64,000 nt of DNA, taken from the NCBI GenBank assembly GCA_951406725.2, contig OX597827.1:62992001-63056000 (forward strand). The letters run 5' to 3'. The position numbers and the translations under genes were made by a program. Shown here in pieces: positions 28,120-42,944 of the stretch; position 1 is the stretch's first letter, and the number at the start of each line of letters is the position of its first letter. The notes below the pieces were generated by a model. That model made no database searches. It saw nothing but the letters and a program-made list of their open reading frames with translations, and was not told where the DNA came from. The stretch comes from Octopus vulgaris. Taxonomy: Eukaryota.

Positions 28120-28285
28120 AATTCTTTGCGTAATGAGATAAAAAACCAAGTTTTTGTAGATATTAGAGCATTTATAGATAGAAGGTCTTACAGCTGTTTC
28201 CAGGATATTTATTAATTATATCTCTTCATCGGAGACGGAGTGAGAGGATGGTTAAGTCATAGTTAGTTTAGATGTGATACAAAAT
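28115..28285 (-). mobile_element. PLE-like family E, copy 2, variant hammerhead 28185-28236
   Basis: GUCU-CCGAUGA-AGAGAUAU...AUAUCCUG-GAAAC-AGCU-GUA-AGAC; begins at (TA)n. Confidence 0.7.
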
Positions 28286-28290
28286 ATTTC

Positions 28291-28354
28291 GTAAACACAC
28301 CAGCATCGATTGTCAAGCGATGTTGGGGGGACAAAATCATACTCACAAACATAT

Positions 28355-28427
<73 letters not shown>

Positions 28428-28590
28428 TACTACTGGATTCTTTCTCTTTCCGTCTACCAAATCCACTCACAAGGCTTTCGTCGACGCGAAGCCATAGTAG
28501 CAAACACTTGTCCAAGGTGCCACGCAGTGGGACTGAACCCGGAACCATGTGGTTGGTAAGCAAGCTACATACCACACATCCACTCCTACC
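28291..28590 (-). mobile_element. SINE family A, 3'-truncated
   Basis: Head and core match the family. Confidence 0.85.
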
Positions 28591-29911
28591 TGTCGAAGTT
28601 TGTTAAATCTTGGTTTGTATTTTTGTATGAAAGTATTTTCTTTGTTTATTCGTGCTTCACCTGTGGTATTCGCTGAACACAAGCAGAATGGGAAGACCTG
28701 GAATTTCAGGGACTTATTTTCTACATATATCTGTTACCACACAGCCTATTCTTTATCTTTTTTCATTTGTCTCATTTATCGTGCTGCAGCAATGGTGAGG
28801 CGTTGTTTTGTTGGGTCTGGTCGAGCGTATCGAACGTATTAATCATATTTCTAATCTGGTACATATGCTATTGGTCATTTTTGCTGATACATTAGATTAA
28901 AAGGGCGTAAGCAAAAAAAAAACACAAAAAAACACCGGTTATCAAGCAGAGGGGGCAATTACACACACACACACACACTCACACATACACAAACAAACAG
29001 AGACACACATATATAAACATACATGATGGGCTTCTTTCAGTTTCCCTCCCCCAAATTCACTCACAAATCATTGCTTGGTCTGGGGCTATAGTAGAAATAA
29101 CTTTTGCTCAACAGGCCTACCGGTAGGACTAAACCAGAAACAACGTGGTTGCAGAGGGAGCCTCTTAAACATTCACAGACGTCCACACACAGATATTACA
29201 CACATGTAAAGATACACGCACAAACATACACATTATTCATATATATATGTGTGTGTGTGTGTGATGGTCTAAAACAAGTGGTAAATTTTAAAACAATCAA
29301 TCACAATCGGACTCGAATGAAAAAGAAACCATCGCTAAGACATTCAGGAAGAAAGATGGCGGCTAAAATCTGCTGTTTGGTTGAAGCTGTATAAACTTTC
29401 ATTTATTACAGTTCTACTCTTTTGTTTATTATTAACTATAAAGATTTTTTATTCTATTTTTTATCTGTATATTTGTTATTTGTCAAAGCATTGATTTCTA
29501 TTAAGCTTTTACGCCCAGTCATCTCACGTCTCTACATATATTTATTAATAACAAACATGGACGAAATATTTGTCGTTGTTGATGTTGTTTAGCTCTGTAT
29601 CAGCCCCAGTGGAGCTATCGTAATATTTCATCATTTATTTGTTTCAGCCATTAGCTTGTAGCCATGCTCTGGTACAATTTGGAAGGGTTAGTCGAACAAA
29701 TCAACTCTAGTACTTTTTTTAAAGTTGGTAATTATGTTACGTATCATATCAGTTGTTTTACCAAACCGCTAGGTTGCGAGGAATTGATAAATTCGACACC
29801 GGGTGTCACGCAGCAGAGGAGAGGCACAAAAATGCACACACATACATACATGCGTAAAAACGTGTGTGTGTTTGTGTATATGTATATGTGTGTATATATA
29901 CATACATACTT

Positions 29912-29984
<73 letters not shown>

Positions 29985-30004
29985 CATTTTTTTTCATTTT
30001 ACCT

Positions 30005-30309
30005 AGTTGCTGGGGCACCGCCATTCGATGTTGCTACATGATTTTACTTCACGAATGCTTTTTAGCAATTGACATTTGGTGCATGAGAGACTTTGATGCA
30101 GCTGCCCTCATCTGCACCTCCTGCCGTGAAGTTGGTTCATCTGGGACACCTGACAGGAAGAGGTCCAGCTTTATTTCAAAGACATCTGCATCCACTCCAT
30201 GCAGGTCTCTCAGGTCCTTCGGGAGGATATTGAAGAGCTGTCGACCTCTGAAGCCCAGGCTATCATAGTAACTTGTCCTACATCTTGATGGCAAATTTGG
30301 AGTCCTTGG

Positions 30310-30313
<4 letters not shown>
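30005..30313 (-). pseudogene. CR1-type LINE ORF2 C-terminal fragment
   Basis: SLGFRGRQLFNILPKDLRDLHGVDADVFEIKLDLFLSGVPDEP...RAAASKSL, a typical CR1/L2 ORF2 end; lies between (TA)n tracts. Confidence 0.8.
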
Positions 30314-30374
<61 letters not shown>

Positions 30375-30379
30375 TAGAT

Positions 30380-31370
30380 AGATGTATGTATTTTGCCTTG
30401 TTAACAATTAATACGGAAAAATGTATAAATAGATACCAAGGTAGCAAAAAATCAGACGAGTAAAAAGGTTGTAAATCCTTGTTTTGAAAGGTAGAAACTT
30501 CGGGTTTACGAGAAATATTTTGTATAATATATATTTATTAATAACAAACATGGGCAAAAAAAATCTCTTGTAAATTATCTCTTCATATAATATTAACCTG
30601 TTAAATATTGATACATTTACTAATACTAACATTAATTTAGCTAATGCCATCCATCCCTCTAGAAACATTAACAACAAGGTTATTGTATCTAAAGTCAATT
30701 ACAATAGAATCAAGTTTATGTCAAGTAACTTTAAAATTGAAGTTCTATATACCAGTGTAAAATTACTACTGGTAATGAAGTATTTTTTTCTATAGGAAGC
30801 ACATCTTCTCAGTTATCTAAAAGAATTTCTAATCATTACTCTATATTTAGGAACAAGAATAAACGTAACAGTACAGGGCTTAATTAATTAGGGAACTAAA
30901 AGACCACCACAATAAACGATTTGATTTAGATTGGTTGATTCTCTCAATCTCAATACCTTATGACAAAAGCAAGGAATTATGTCTTCTCTGTAATTCTGAA
31001 CTATTTTTTATTCTTGTTTCTAAAAATCCCCTTGTAAACATTGGCAGAAACACACCTTTAATTCATATAAGTGATACCTATCATTATATATAATTTAAAC
31101 ATTAATTTTCTTTTTACATTTCACATTCACTGGATATATATTTTTCCTAGTCTATAATTTTTTATTTAATATACATATAGTCATATACCTCTCATTTATT
31201 TAGGTTTTCTTTACTTTATCCCTCCTCTTTCTATAGGTTACCTCTGACATTATATCCTATAAGGTTCTTTTGAAACAATATCAATAACGTTCAGTTAAAC
31301 ACTATACATATCCATCATTTTCTGTTAAAATGTCTTATTGACGAGTTTCATGTCTTCACTTCCTCGAAGA
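30380..31370 (+). pseudogene. Penelope-like GIY-YIG endonuclease remnant and 3' region
   Basis: IYQCKITTGNEVFFSIGSTSSQLSKRISNHYSIFRNKNKRNSTGL (from 30747), then DWLILSISIPYDKSKELCLLCNSELFFI (~30930-31015), matching the VY..YIG.T...R..NH..F...ST.L and W.I...PY...CxLCxxE pattern. Confidence 0.7.
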
Positions 31371-31453
31371 GAAGATTACATTGTTTTACACCATTTTATT
31401 CTTTTGGAATAATACCAGTGATATCTTGAATGACACCTGCGTTTAACTCCATG

Positions 31454-31558
<105 letters not shown>

Positions 31559-32643
31559 CACACACATAAATCTATAGTGGAATTACGTTGTGTAAATTAA
31601 GAGTTTGATCTCCCAGCTTGCATCTCATGCAATTTAGTCCACAGCATAAGTCGTTGTATGTCATCGTTATCTGCAGATGAAGCCATATTTGCCAGTGCGT
31701 CTCATTACTATAATGACACAGTGTATATTCCGAATGTAATTAGCTTTGAATTCAGGTTAAATTACAGTAATTAAATTAGCAAAAGAAATTCTTAACTCCA
31801 TGAAACATTTTCCAACGAGCTGCCCATACCATGATATTTTCAACTTAAATTGTATTAACATAAGCTATTCTGCATGTAAAAACTTTGATAATTCCATTAG
31901 CTGCTAAACACTTTAAAACAAAATGTTTCCAATCCTGCTCCTAGCTGAATTTTATCTGCCAGGTAAATTCTTTGTCGCAGTCATCAAAATATTTCATTAA
32001 GTTGTATTTGAGTGGAACTTGAGAATGAAATTTTTACATTATGTTGACTGGACAGAGTTTTAAAACATGGATTTATCAGCACTGTTATTCCCTAGTTGAT
32101 TGTGTAAATTTTCAACTACTTCGTCGAAGTTTATCCGGTTTCTAAGTAAAAAATACTATTTATGCATCACTTGATATATGTTGGATAAAAGGCTGAGCGT
32201 GTGCTTACCAGCTTCCTTTCGTAGAAAAATTGGTATTTTACACGAATTGTTAAAGGATGGCTTCATGTACAGCACGAACTGGAAGTGAAAAAAAAGTTTT
32301 CGCAAAGCGAGTAACCTTGTGCCACCTTCAGACATTTCAGATTAGAAATCTAATATAAAAGAAGGCACTAATGGTGGAAGCAATTCGGGAACGGCAAGCG
32401 GTTACAATTTCAGGTTTAAACTCACTTTATTCACAGCTCTGTTACAAATGGGAACTTCATGAATACCCCTTTCCACTTCTCCTCTTCTAAAATGGGAACC
32501 CATTTTGCGTAGCCACAAACTATAATTTACGTAAACATAAAAATAACTAAGGGCAATCAATACAGAGGCCTGCTTTAATTTTTTGTGTGTAATGGCTCAA
32601 AAGCAATTTAAATTCGCAACTGGCCAAGTAGAATTACTCTTAC

Positions 32644-32730
32644 AATAATTCTTTAATTTAGCTATTTGCCCGCAGAGGGGAACAGTTGATGAAATAACCT
32701 CAAGTTCATCACTTAGTTTATTTAATCCGT
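32644..32730 (-). CDS. Candidate 87 nt phase1-phase1 host exon (unverified)
   Basis: Acceptor TCTTCCATATTTACAG, donor ATT|GTAAGA; only one frame open: (D)GLNKLSDELEVISSTVPLCGQIAKLKNY; lies in non-repetitive DNA. Confidence 0.25.
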
Positions 32731-33138
32731 CTGTAAATATGGAAGACAATGTCGCTTACGGCGAGACTTAAACACACAATATAATAAAATAAAAACCAAT
32801 CCATCCACGTAAACGGTGAAAACATAAACAGATAAAAAGCAATCAAAAATCAATATAAAAGCATAAAAATACATGTTTTGATAACGGTATGCAGAACCAT
32901 ACAAAAATATAATAATTTCTGTCATCAAATCAAAGCAAGGATGGGTGACTAAGAAGCCGCAGGTCGATACATAGAATTGCAGTTAACCATTTAGCATTCA
33001 GATTACTTTATCAAATATGCAATGCTCATTTATTTACATTGTATTGAAGTAATTATTGAAGTAATCTCATAGTGTCAAGATTTCGATAATGTAATTGTTT
33101 ATTTTTAGAACGACATTATAGGTTAAGTATGAAAGGTC

Positions 33139-33795
33139 GTAGGAGTGGCTGTGTGATAGGTAAGTTGATTGCTTACCTTAAGGCGGCGAGCTGACACAAA
33201 CGTTAGCATGTCGGGCGAAATGCGTAACCGTATTTCGTCTGCCGCTACGTTCTGAGTTCAAATTCCGCCGAGGTCAACTTTGCCTTTCATCCTTTCGGGG
33301 TCGATTAAATAAGTACCAGTTGCGCACTGGGGGTCGATATAATCGACTTAATGCATTTGTCTGTCCTTGTTTGTCCTCTCTGTGTTTAGCCCCTTGTGGG
33401 TAGTAAAGAAATAGGTAAGTTGATTGCTTACCAACCACATGGCTCCGGGTTCAGTCCCACTGCGTGGCACCTTGGGCAAGTGTCTTCTACTATAGCCTCG
33501 GGGCGACCAAAGCCTTGTGAGTAGATTTGGTAGACGGAAAGAGAAAGAAGCCTGTCGTATATATGTATGTATATATATGTGTATGTGTGTGTGTGTGTCT
33601 GTATTTGCCCCTCCCCCAACATCGCTTGACAACCGATGGTGGTATGTTTACCTCCCCGTAACTTAGCAGTTCGACAAAAGGGGCTGATAGAATAAATACT
33701 ATGCTTACAAAGAATAAGTTCTGGGGCGGATTTGCTCGAATGAAGGTGATGCTCCAGCATGGCCGCGCTGAAAGGACTGAAACAAGTAATAGAAA
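33139..33795 (+). mobile_element. SINE family A interrupted by SINE family B (33181-33410)
   Basis: 22 bp duplication ATAGGTAAGTTGATTGCTTACC at 33156-33177 and 33411-33432 brackets the B copy. Confidence 0.9.
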
Positions 33796-34199
33796 AAAAA
33801 ATATCTACAGGAAACGGGCTACTCGACCCGATGAAAATTCTAACAGGGTCCTACCTATAAGGTCATGGGCACTTTATCTTGGCATGAGATCATCACATCG
33901 CGCTACATGCATGACAGCCACAACAACACATTTTTCAGATGTCTTAAAATTTATGAAATTTTACTCAAAACTTTTAGTATTTCCTAGAAAGATTTAGAGT
34001 TAGCCTCGCTGCGTAGAGGATAAACTTGTAGGAAATAAGACCCTCACCTGTCTACTTTCTCGTATCAATTTCATTTATACTGAGAATGAAAAGGAAGCCT
34101 TATTCTTATCACGTGACCTGTTAAACCTAACAGTTTAACTATTCCCCAAGTCACATCCTATTTACTGCCTTAGAAAAAAGCATTTTCAATTATGCTGTT

Positions 34200-34497
34200 T
34201 GTTCCTTCTCAAGCCATGCCTGGCTCATAGGGCCGGTTTCCCGATTTCTTTGGTGTATAGTTTCCCCATCTGGACAGGACGACGGTCCGTCGCAGGTGAG
34301 CTACAAGATGCAGGAAGAAAGAGTGAGAGAAATTTGTAGGGAAAGTGCCACAAGAATTTCGCCTTTACTTTCTGCCGGAGTCGCGTGGAGCTTAAGTGTT
34401 TCGCTCATAAACACACACATTGCCCGGTCTGACGTTCGAACCCGCGATCCCTCGACCGCGAGTCCGCTTCTCTAACCCCTAGGCCACGTGCCTCCAC
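34200..34497 (-). mobile_element. SINE family D-related with tail X
   Basis: tRNA-like head and similarity to 38378-38678. Confidence 0.75.
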
Positions 34498-35227
34498 TTC
34501 AATTATGCAGTCTACAATAAAAAAGGATTCTCATAACAGAATTACAGCAGGGAGAAGTCGGGACATCCATGAAGTTACGACCGGCGTTAGAGGTCCAAGA
34601 AGAGTGATTGAAATGCGTTCAACCAGATGGTCAAGACTGGAAAGATTTTGCTTTGATCATAGCATCTACGCGTTCAGTGCCACGACCTGTGGAACAAAGA
34701 AAACAGAAGCAGCAACTACGATTGCAACGCAATTTATTCTTCTTTTTTTTTTTATTCAGCTGTCCTAAGCCGTTCAAGATGTTTCATTTAAAGTTATGCT
34801 GTTTACGTCCTTGAGACAAGAAGGAAGGACGACACATTCCGATAATTTTCATTCCAGTTAAATTACCGAGCGACTATTTCTACATGCGTAGAGAAAAAAA
34901 GAAAAGAAAAACAAAATTGAAAAAAAAATTGAAAAAAAAATTAATAAAAAACAAAAGAAAATACAAAAGACACAAATCAAAAATAAAAAGCAAAAAAAAT
35001 TGTATTCAACAGAAACAGGGTTGTTCCATTCTTTTTTATATTTTTTAAACATCTTGTACAATGAATTTAATTGCATTGAAGTTGAGAGAGACATTACGAG
35101 ACTCTATTGATTTCGTCTTCACTCTGTGCTGTGTTGATTTGGTTTATAACGTCCTCTCTTTTGTGTTATTTCTGGAAAAAAAAAAACTTGATTAGTTTCC
35201 TACACAACATTTTACACTCTCGGTTGT

Positions 35228-35264
35228 TAATGATGATAATAATAATAATAATAACGATAATAAC

Positions 35265-35299
<35 letters not shown>

Positions 35300-35364
35300 G
35301 AATAATAATAATAAAAATAATAAGAATAATAAAAATAATAAGAATAATAATAAAAATGATAATC

Positions 35365-35400
<36 letters not shown>

Positions 35401-35451
35401 GTAATAATAATAATAATAAAGATGATGATAATAATAATAATAATAATAATA

Positions 35452-35496
<45 letters not shown>

Positions 35497-35503
35497 GATG
35501 ATG

Positions 35504-35534
<31 letters not shown>

Positions 35535-35596
35535 GAAGAAGATAATGATAATAATAATAATAGATGATAGTAATAATAATAATAATAAAGATGATG

Positions 35597-35642
<46 letters not shown>

Positions 35643-35680
35643 GAAGAAGAATAAGAAGAAGAATGATAATAATAATAATG
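35228..35680. repeat. (AAT)n degenerate microsatellite
   Basis: Direct inspection. Confidence 0.95.
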
Positions 35681-36419
35681 GTGTAATTTTCCAGCTTCAT
35701 AATAGAAACTTTTTCGAATGCTTGCTTTAGTGAAAATTTCGGGTCTAGATTTCAGAAGGTCGGTGGACTTCTTACATTTAAAAGAAATTTAAAGTCTTTC
35801 GTTTATTCAAAACCTTCAACTCATTGTTCTACTAACGTGTGACGTGGATCATGCTACGTCGCTCCATATGATTCTTCGTGGGATATTGTTGGCCTATAGG
35901 TCCTCTAGCTAAATTAATGTTTTCTTCTCGTCTACGTGTCGGAAAGAAGACTGGTTGTTGGCATATATTTTATAAAGTTCTATTTATGTAGACCGATAGA
36001 CTTTATCTTTTGAGTTCTGTCATGTTGAAGAAATGATGTGGATTCAGTCTCATAAAACGCAGAGATAACCGAACCGAGTGCGTGTCTGGGTCTCTGATAT
36101 ATTTTTGAATAGATGCGTGGTATGCTCTGCACTCCTTTGGACTATGTCAGCAAGGTCGAGAGAGGAATCCTGATGATTGGGCTACCCTGGATTTTCTTAC
36201 ATCTAGTCCAGGCCTGCGCAAAACTGAAGAGGAAACTGGAGAAGACATGAAATGCAAAAACCAGACTGGATTACATTTAGTACTCAAATGACACCGAGGT
36301 CAACTTTGCATTTCATCCTTTCGGATTCAACAAAGCAAATACCCATTAAATATTGGGGGTCGATCACATCGACTTATGACACTCGTAAAAATGCACCATA
36401 ATTAAAATGCATTATTATT

Positions 36420-36640
36420 ATATTTCTTTATTGCCCACAAGGGGCTAAACACAGAGAGGACAAACAAAAACAGACGAAGGGATAAAGCCGATAACATCGA
36501 CCCCAGTGCGTAACTGGTACTTAATTTATCGACCCCGAAAGGATGAAAGGCAAAGTCGACCTCGGCGGAGTTTGAACCCAGAACGTAACGGCAGACGAAA
36601 TACGGCTACGTATTTCGCCCAGCGTGCTAACGTTTCTGCC
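36420..36640 (-). mobile_element. SINE family B
   Basis: Reverse-complement match to the family; a diverged + fragment lies at 36290-36380. Confidence 0.85.
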
Positions 36641-37144
36641 ATTATAATTCTCATTATTGCTATTGTTATTGTTGTTGCTGCTGCTATCTTTAATTGCTGT
36701 AGTGATGGCGTTAGTGGTAGTCGTAGGAGCAGCACCATTACTAATTGTAGTATACGATTTTTTTCTGCTTTCAGTCCAACCACGTTTTAGATATTTCTAT
36801 TTTCAGATCTTTATAATTGGATAATTTGTCTATTTCTATAGGAATTTCATAATCGGTTGACTGAACTGATACCTCTACTGAGAGGTACATCCTTTTATTG
36901 GTAGTTTTTCACGACAATATCCTGCCGATTTTCCTTAATTTCCTTCTCTATATGGATCGGCATAAAGCCATATGTAGTTACCGTGTCACTCCTTGAGACC
37001 GTTTCTATTGTATATTGTATACCTCTTCTTTAGTGTCGGTATTTCATAATCATGATTCTATGTTCTGTATCTGAAAGCCTCAACGTTCTCATGTATATGT
37101 GTGAATTTGGGAGCGGAGTGTAAAAGATATGAATAAAAATGTTA

Positions 37145-37249
37145 TTCAAATTATACTACGTATGTTTCTATTGCGTGGTTGTTTATTTGTTCATTAATAT
37201 ATTACATTAGATGATTTCGTAACCAGACCATTTCATCAGGCAGTTTGAA
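37145..37249 (-). ncRNA. Degenerate hammerhead ribozyme motif
   Basis: UUCAAACUGC-CUGAUGA-AAUGGUCUGGUU...AACCACGCAAUA-GAAAC-AUAC-GUA-GUAUAAUUUGAA; helices imperfect. Confidence 0.5.
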
Positions 37250-38377
37250 CAGTTGACGGGTAAGATTGACCGAAATGCGATATATTATTGAACTATATAC
37301 GTAAATGTAGATTATTCTTTAAGGCTCTTAATTTCTAGTACTCTTTCTAGCGTTCTTAAAGTCTCATAGTTTCTAGTACTCCAAAATTCAAGTTTCCGAT
37401 CGATCTTTCAACTTATAATTGCATAATGTGTTCCATTGTTTCAATATGTTTGTATATATATAACGATCACGCTAGTAAAAATAAAGTTTCTAGAACTGAT
37501 AGACATATTTGAAGGATTGCTATGGTCCCGTGATATTGCGGGAGATGCTGGTTTGAATCCCTGGGAAGCCTTCGACTTAACGTAATATTTACACAACATT
37601 ATACATAGCTTTATCTGCTTCAAGATTCACTGTTCCAGATAAGAATAATTTTATGTTCTCTTAAAGTTTATAAATTCTTTTGATGTCGAGAGTTTATATT
37701 TATCTTTTCAAAAACATCGGATGGGTCACAGAGTAAAATATTCTAAATGCACTCAACCAGGAAGTGACGGTTTTAAATGTATCAAGGGATCAGATCTCCC
37801 ACAATGAAATGTACAAGTTATTCGACGGCCCTCTGCATTATTATCGTTACATTTGATAAATGTCATTGATAAAACCTGCGTCGACCCGAGGTTTTGGTTG
37901 AGGGTGCTATTTCAGTAGGCACTTAAATAGAACTTTAGATACATATCAAACGTTTTCAACCACAAACGAAGGAAGACATCACTGCAGGAAGGTGTGATGT
38001 GATTTATAATATCGCTTGTTTGAAGAGAAAGGAGAATTTCAAACCTGCATCAAAGATTTTGGGGGACATATTCGATGCTACTATATAAAACTGTGAGGAT
38101 TGGTTTGCAATGAATCTAAATTTTCAAACGGCGGTTGATATATTCCCCACTAAAAGTTAAGAGACGAAACATTCATGAATAGTGTTAAACACTAGAATCA
38201 GTGGATGGAGATGTCGTCAAACTGAAAACGTAAAAAACAAAAATAAATGTTCGGTGTGGTGAATCGAGTAGATGGTAGCAAAATAGTCAAATCTCCTGAC
38301 GCGATCAACGGAATTAGTCACCAGAAGTGAGACGAGGAAGAGAATTACAAAGAAAATATTTTCTGTAGAAAATTAGT

Positions 38378-38678
38378 GTAGACGCGCAATGGTCCAGTGG
38401 TTAGGGCAGCGGACTCACGGTCGGAGGATCGAGGTTTCGATTCTCAGACCGGGCTTTCTGTATGTTTATTGAGCGAAAACACGAGGCTCCGGCAGGGGGT
38501 GGTGGCGACCCCTGTTGTACTCTTTCGCCCCAACTTTCTCTCACTCTCTCTTCCTGTTTCTTGAGTAACGCTGCAATGGACTGGCGTCCCGTCCAGCTGG
38601 GGGGAACGCATACACCATCTATGGGAAATCGGGCCCATGAGCCTGGCTAGGCTTGAAAAGGGCACATAAATAAATAAA
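38378..38678 (+). mobile_element. SINE family D head with V-domain-like tail X
   Basis: 11 bp TSD AGAAAATTAGT at 38367-38377 and 38679-38689; GCAATGGACTGGCGTCCCGTCCAG module. Confidence 0.85.
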
Positions 38679-40829
38679 AGAAAATTAGTACTTCGTTCTT
38701 TTACTTAATGGATATGAGGCTTGGAATAAAAAGAAGAAATTCCTCGGTCATTTACAGCTTGCAATGCAGATTGAAACGGTAAGAAGCGGGGACGGAACAT
38801 ATTCTGCAAAATTCGTCATTTTACTTTAAATTCAGCCATGATTGATTAATTCGGAAGCTAGTCTTATCTGGATAAAATTGTCCAAGCTCATTTCTGTGGA
38901 CGCCTGAAATATTTTGTATTGTGAGAAAAGTGTATAATTAACGTGTCAATGTGTTGAGCGCTCTTTTAAAAAAGTAGAAGAGGATACGTTGATGGTTTTT
39001 TTTCACGCTTTATAGGAATGAGGCAGTATACTGGGAAGGTCGATATTACGGAAATCTTCCTCGTAAGGGTGTCTGATCAGAAAATCTCCATCATAATAAT
39101 AAGTACTAAAATATTTCCGATGTGAGCTTTTTTATTGGAAAATGTTATTTGAAACGATAAACAGAGGAAATAGAAGGCTACTTATGAAGACTACCATTTC
39201 CTCAGTTTAACATTTCAAATAATTTCTGTCAGCTGCAATGGAGATATTTTTATTGAAAATATTTCAACGGTTACTGCTCTATATTCAGCTGTTGGCTTTC
39301 TACGTGACCCGTCTATAAAACAGAATACTGAACATATGCAAACGCTGAAAGGAGAAAAACAAAAAGAGTAAAAAAACGAGGAAAATTATTTTACTTAAGT
39401 GTGAACTAATTTTTTTTTTAAATCGTTGTTCCGAGCTTCTCGCAACGAAATAATTAAAATTAATCTTCAAATATTTATTCGTAATTTAAAACATTGTGCC
39501 CGATTTCTCACTCCTAAATATTTATATTGTAATTTTCTCCCCATCCTCATCCTGTCCTAATAACTAGTCTTAATTATTTTAGCGCAAAAATGAATATTAA
39601 TTTAAAAATTTATTTCTATACTGAAGAAATAACAAAAATGTCTTTCCATAAAAGCGTAGGAAATATGAATGTGTGGGCTCATTCAAGAACGCTGAAAATT
39701 ATCGAAAACGTGCAAAAAGATTTTGTTTTCGTTCTAACCAAAACAAGCGAACAATTGAAATCTAGAATTTTTCAATTTAATAACATTAAAAAAATAAGAT
39801 CAAACAGAGTGTGAGTGCATTATTACATTTAGACTTAAAAACGGTTCGAGTAAGCTTTGATGTGTGAGAGTGTAAGTCGATTTAAGTAGATTTAAAATCC
39901 TGATATTTTCTTTGAAGGCTTAACCGCAGCGATATGATCTTCGACAATTGCATAGGAATAAACTTAGGTTTAAATTCTGTTATCTATACCGTTTTCAGTG
40001 ACGTTTTCCATGAAAAAATCGGTCTTTGTTACAGTGAATAGGTGGACACTTGAAGTGGATAGCACCCGCTATATGTTCGGATAAATGTTTACTTTGCAAG
40101 AAATTCAGGTTTTAAAATATTTAATAACACAATTGAACGTTTCCAAAAATGTATAATTGGAGACGTAGAAGTTTACTGACCGGTAGCTGAAAGGGTTCAG
40201 TTTTATTGAGATGCCTGAAATTTTATGAAACTAAAATAGTCTGAAAAGAATCTGGGTTTAGATTATTTGAATGGCCTTAATTGATAAAGGTTAAAAAGAC
40301 TCTAGGATAAAGCTTGTGATTACTGAATAATAGACGGCAATTTATTTTGTGACATAATTATTTCGTCACATTAAAGAAATAGCTAATTGAAATTTTAAGA
40401 GATTGTCTCATTAAAATAACGCTGAAAAACAAGATATTAGTTATACGTTGAAGATCTTTAAATGTTAGTGTATAAAGTATGTACCCTGGTATTGAAAACA
40501 CATTAGGGACCTGTATATATTTAAACCAAAATAGTCTGAGGTTTTCCTGATATTTACTTCATTGATAAAGATATAAAAAATTACCACCGTCGGTTAATAT
40601 AATTTTAGTCATCACCCTGCTTTGACACGAAATGTACCCTAAGAGGCGATTCAGTCACAGATAGGCTGTACCATTATAAACATTTCTGTATAAATACGTG
40701 TATGGTTGAATGGAGATATAGTCAGTTAGGCAGTGGTAGTGAGCGTTAGTTGCATAACAGATGATTCTCGAAATGTTTATATTTTCTTATATTTTGCATT
40801 TCATACTTAAATATAGTTCAGCATTACGC

Positions 40830-41600
40830 AGTTTTTAAAGAAGATGCCATCATTTGCTATGTAACGCTCACATCTTTATTTCTGCTCGTATATGGTCTTG
40901 ATTTTTTAGCAAGTTTTCATTTAGTATAATTAGTATTGGTATCATTTTCTTGTAATTTGACAAGTTTATTCATATAAATGAAGAACGGTGGATTTATCCT
41001 TGGTTATGTCTGTGTAGTATACGTATATAATATTAAGATTTGGTCTGGTTTCGTTTAGTTCGGTGGGGATAAATGTAAATCTATATGTTATGGCTTCTGC
41101 ATTATAGAAGACGTTTATAGCGGTCAGGCATAGCGATTCTACATAAGTAACTGTTCCCAGTCCTTTTTCGTGTTATATTGGAAATGATATTCTTCATATT
41201 GGTGATCCAACTGTAATTTAATGCAAGACTATAATTATTAAATAATTTTATATATTTATTGCTAATGGGGGAGTGATTACAGATAGTGCTTGTTAGGTTT
41301 CAGCGATAATAAGCTTAACATTTAGCGTCAAGAGACGTGTAACCTAAAGGATATTTAGTCACTTACTCCTAGTTTGGAAAACTGAGGGATTAAGAGACTT
41401 ATACTTTTATATCCGGTATCTGGCAAGATACTATTTTGGAGTAAGAGGTTACGCTATCGACTATTTAGTTGGTAACACTTCTACTTATGATATTTAGGAT
41501 TTCATTAAAATGTATGAACTAAAGTTGGCATAAGAATTTCATTAGCTATATTAAATGTTTAATGTATGTTGGTAGGGAAATTAAGAGGAGATCCGAGGAT
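40830..41600 (-). pseudogene. Possible heavily decayed Penelope-like ORF
   Basis: Scattered minus-strand peptides CLTAINVFYNAE, KSTVL, K*KLAKKSRPYTSRNK and DTGYK, in the order expected for a PLE thumb/GIY-YIG. Confidence 0.35.
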
Positions 41601-41912
41601 CGTAACTATAGTTCAGTTTATAAGTTATTCATATTTTACACCGAAAGTACTGCATCTACCGTGTGTCAGTTGGCATTTTCAGCTATGGCTAACCCATTAT
41701 ATTTGGCTAATATTAGAGAATACGGTTATTAGAAAAATATTCGTCTGCAAGATTTTCAGCTTCAAAGGGATTCTAATTTCACAAACATAAGTAGTTGTTG
41801 ATTTTATACGTCTAGATGTATATTTGCTTGTACTTCTGTGTCTGTGTGTATGTATGGGTATGCATGTGTCGGTTATGTATACATGTATGATGACAGTATC
41901 AATATGATCGTG

Positions 41913-42253
<341 letters not shown>

Positions 42254-42944
42254 ATGTGTGTATGTGTGTGTAGAACTAGCTCTCTAACGCACATATTTAT
42301 ACATATATATATATTATATATATATGTACGTATGCATATATACATACACACATACACACCCACGCACACCTACTCACACCCACGCACACACACGCTGTCA
42401 CACACGCTCTCACACACACGCACGCACACATAATTCATTTAAGTAGAGGCAGCAAGGATATAACATACATGTAAGAAAGTAAGAGCTAGATCCATTAATA
42501 CTAAGATCAAATATTCTACGTAACAAAAATATTTAAATATATTCTGAACTAATAAAAAAAATAATAAAAGATCTCATCCTTCAGGAGCTTGATAACAAAA
42601 TTATTCTATTTTATATAAATTATTCCAGCAGGTTTTCAAACTCAAAGACGATCCTATGTCAGAAATTTACTTGTAGGTGATGAAAGTTAGCGAAATTACA
42701 TCTTCAACGCCTACTAGTATGTTTATATATGTGACTTTTTTATGCATGTGAGAATGATAGCATTTTTGGGCTTTGTATATTGGATAAGTTAGTTTTTATT
42801 TTTATTTTTTGCCGTCTGACTTCGATTATCGATTTATTTCCCAAAGATTTTACATCATGAAACCATATTTTGATCCATAATATTTTTTCCTATTTCACTT
42901 GCAAAGAAAACTTATTAAATGCGTGTAATGTTAGAGCTAACACG

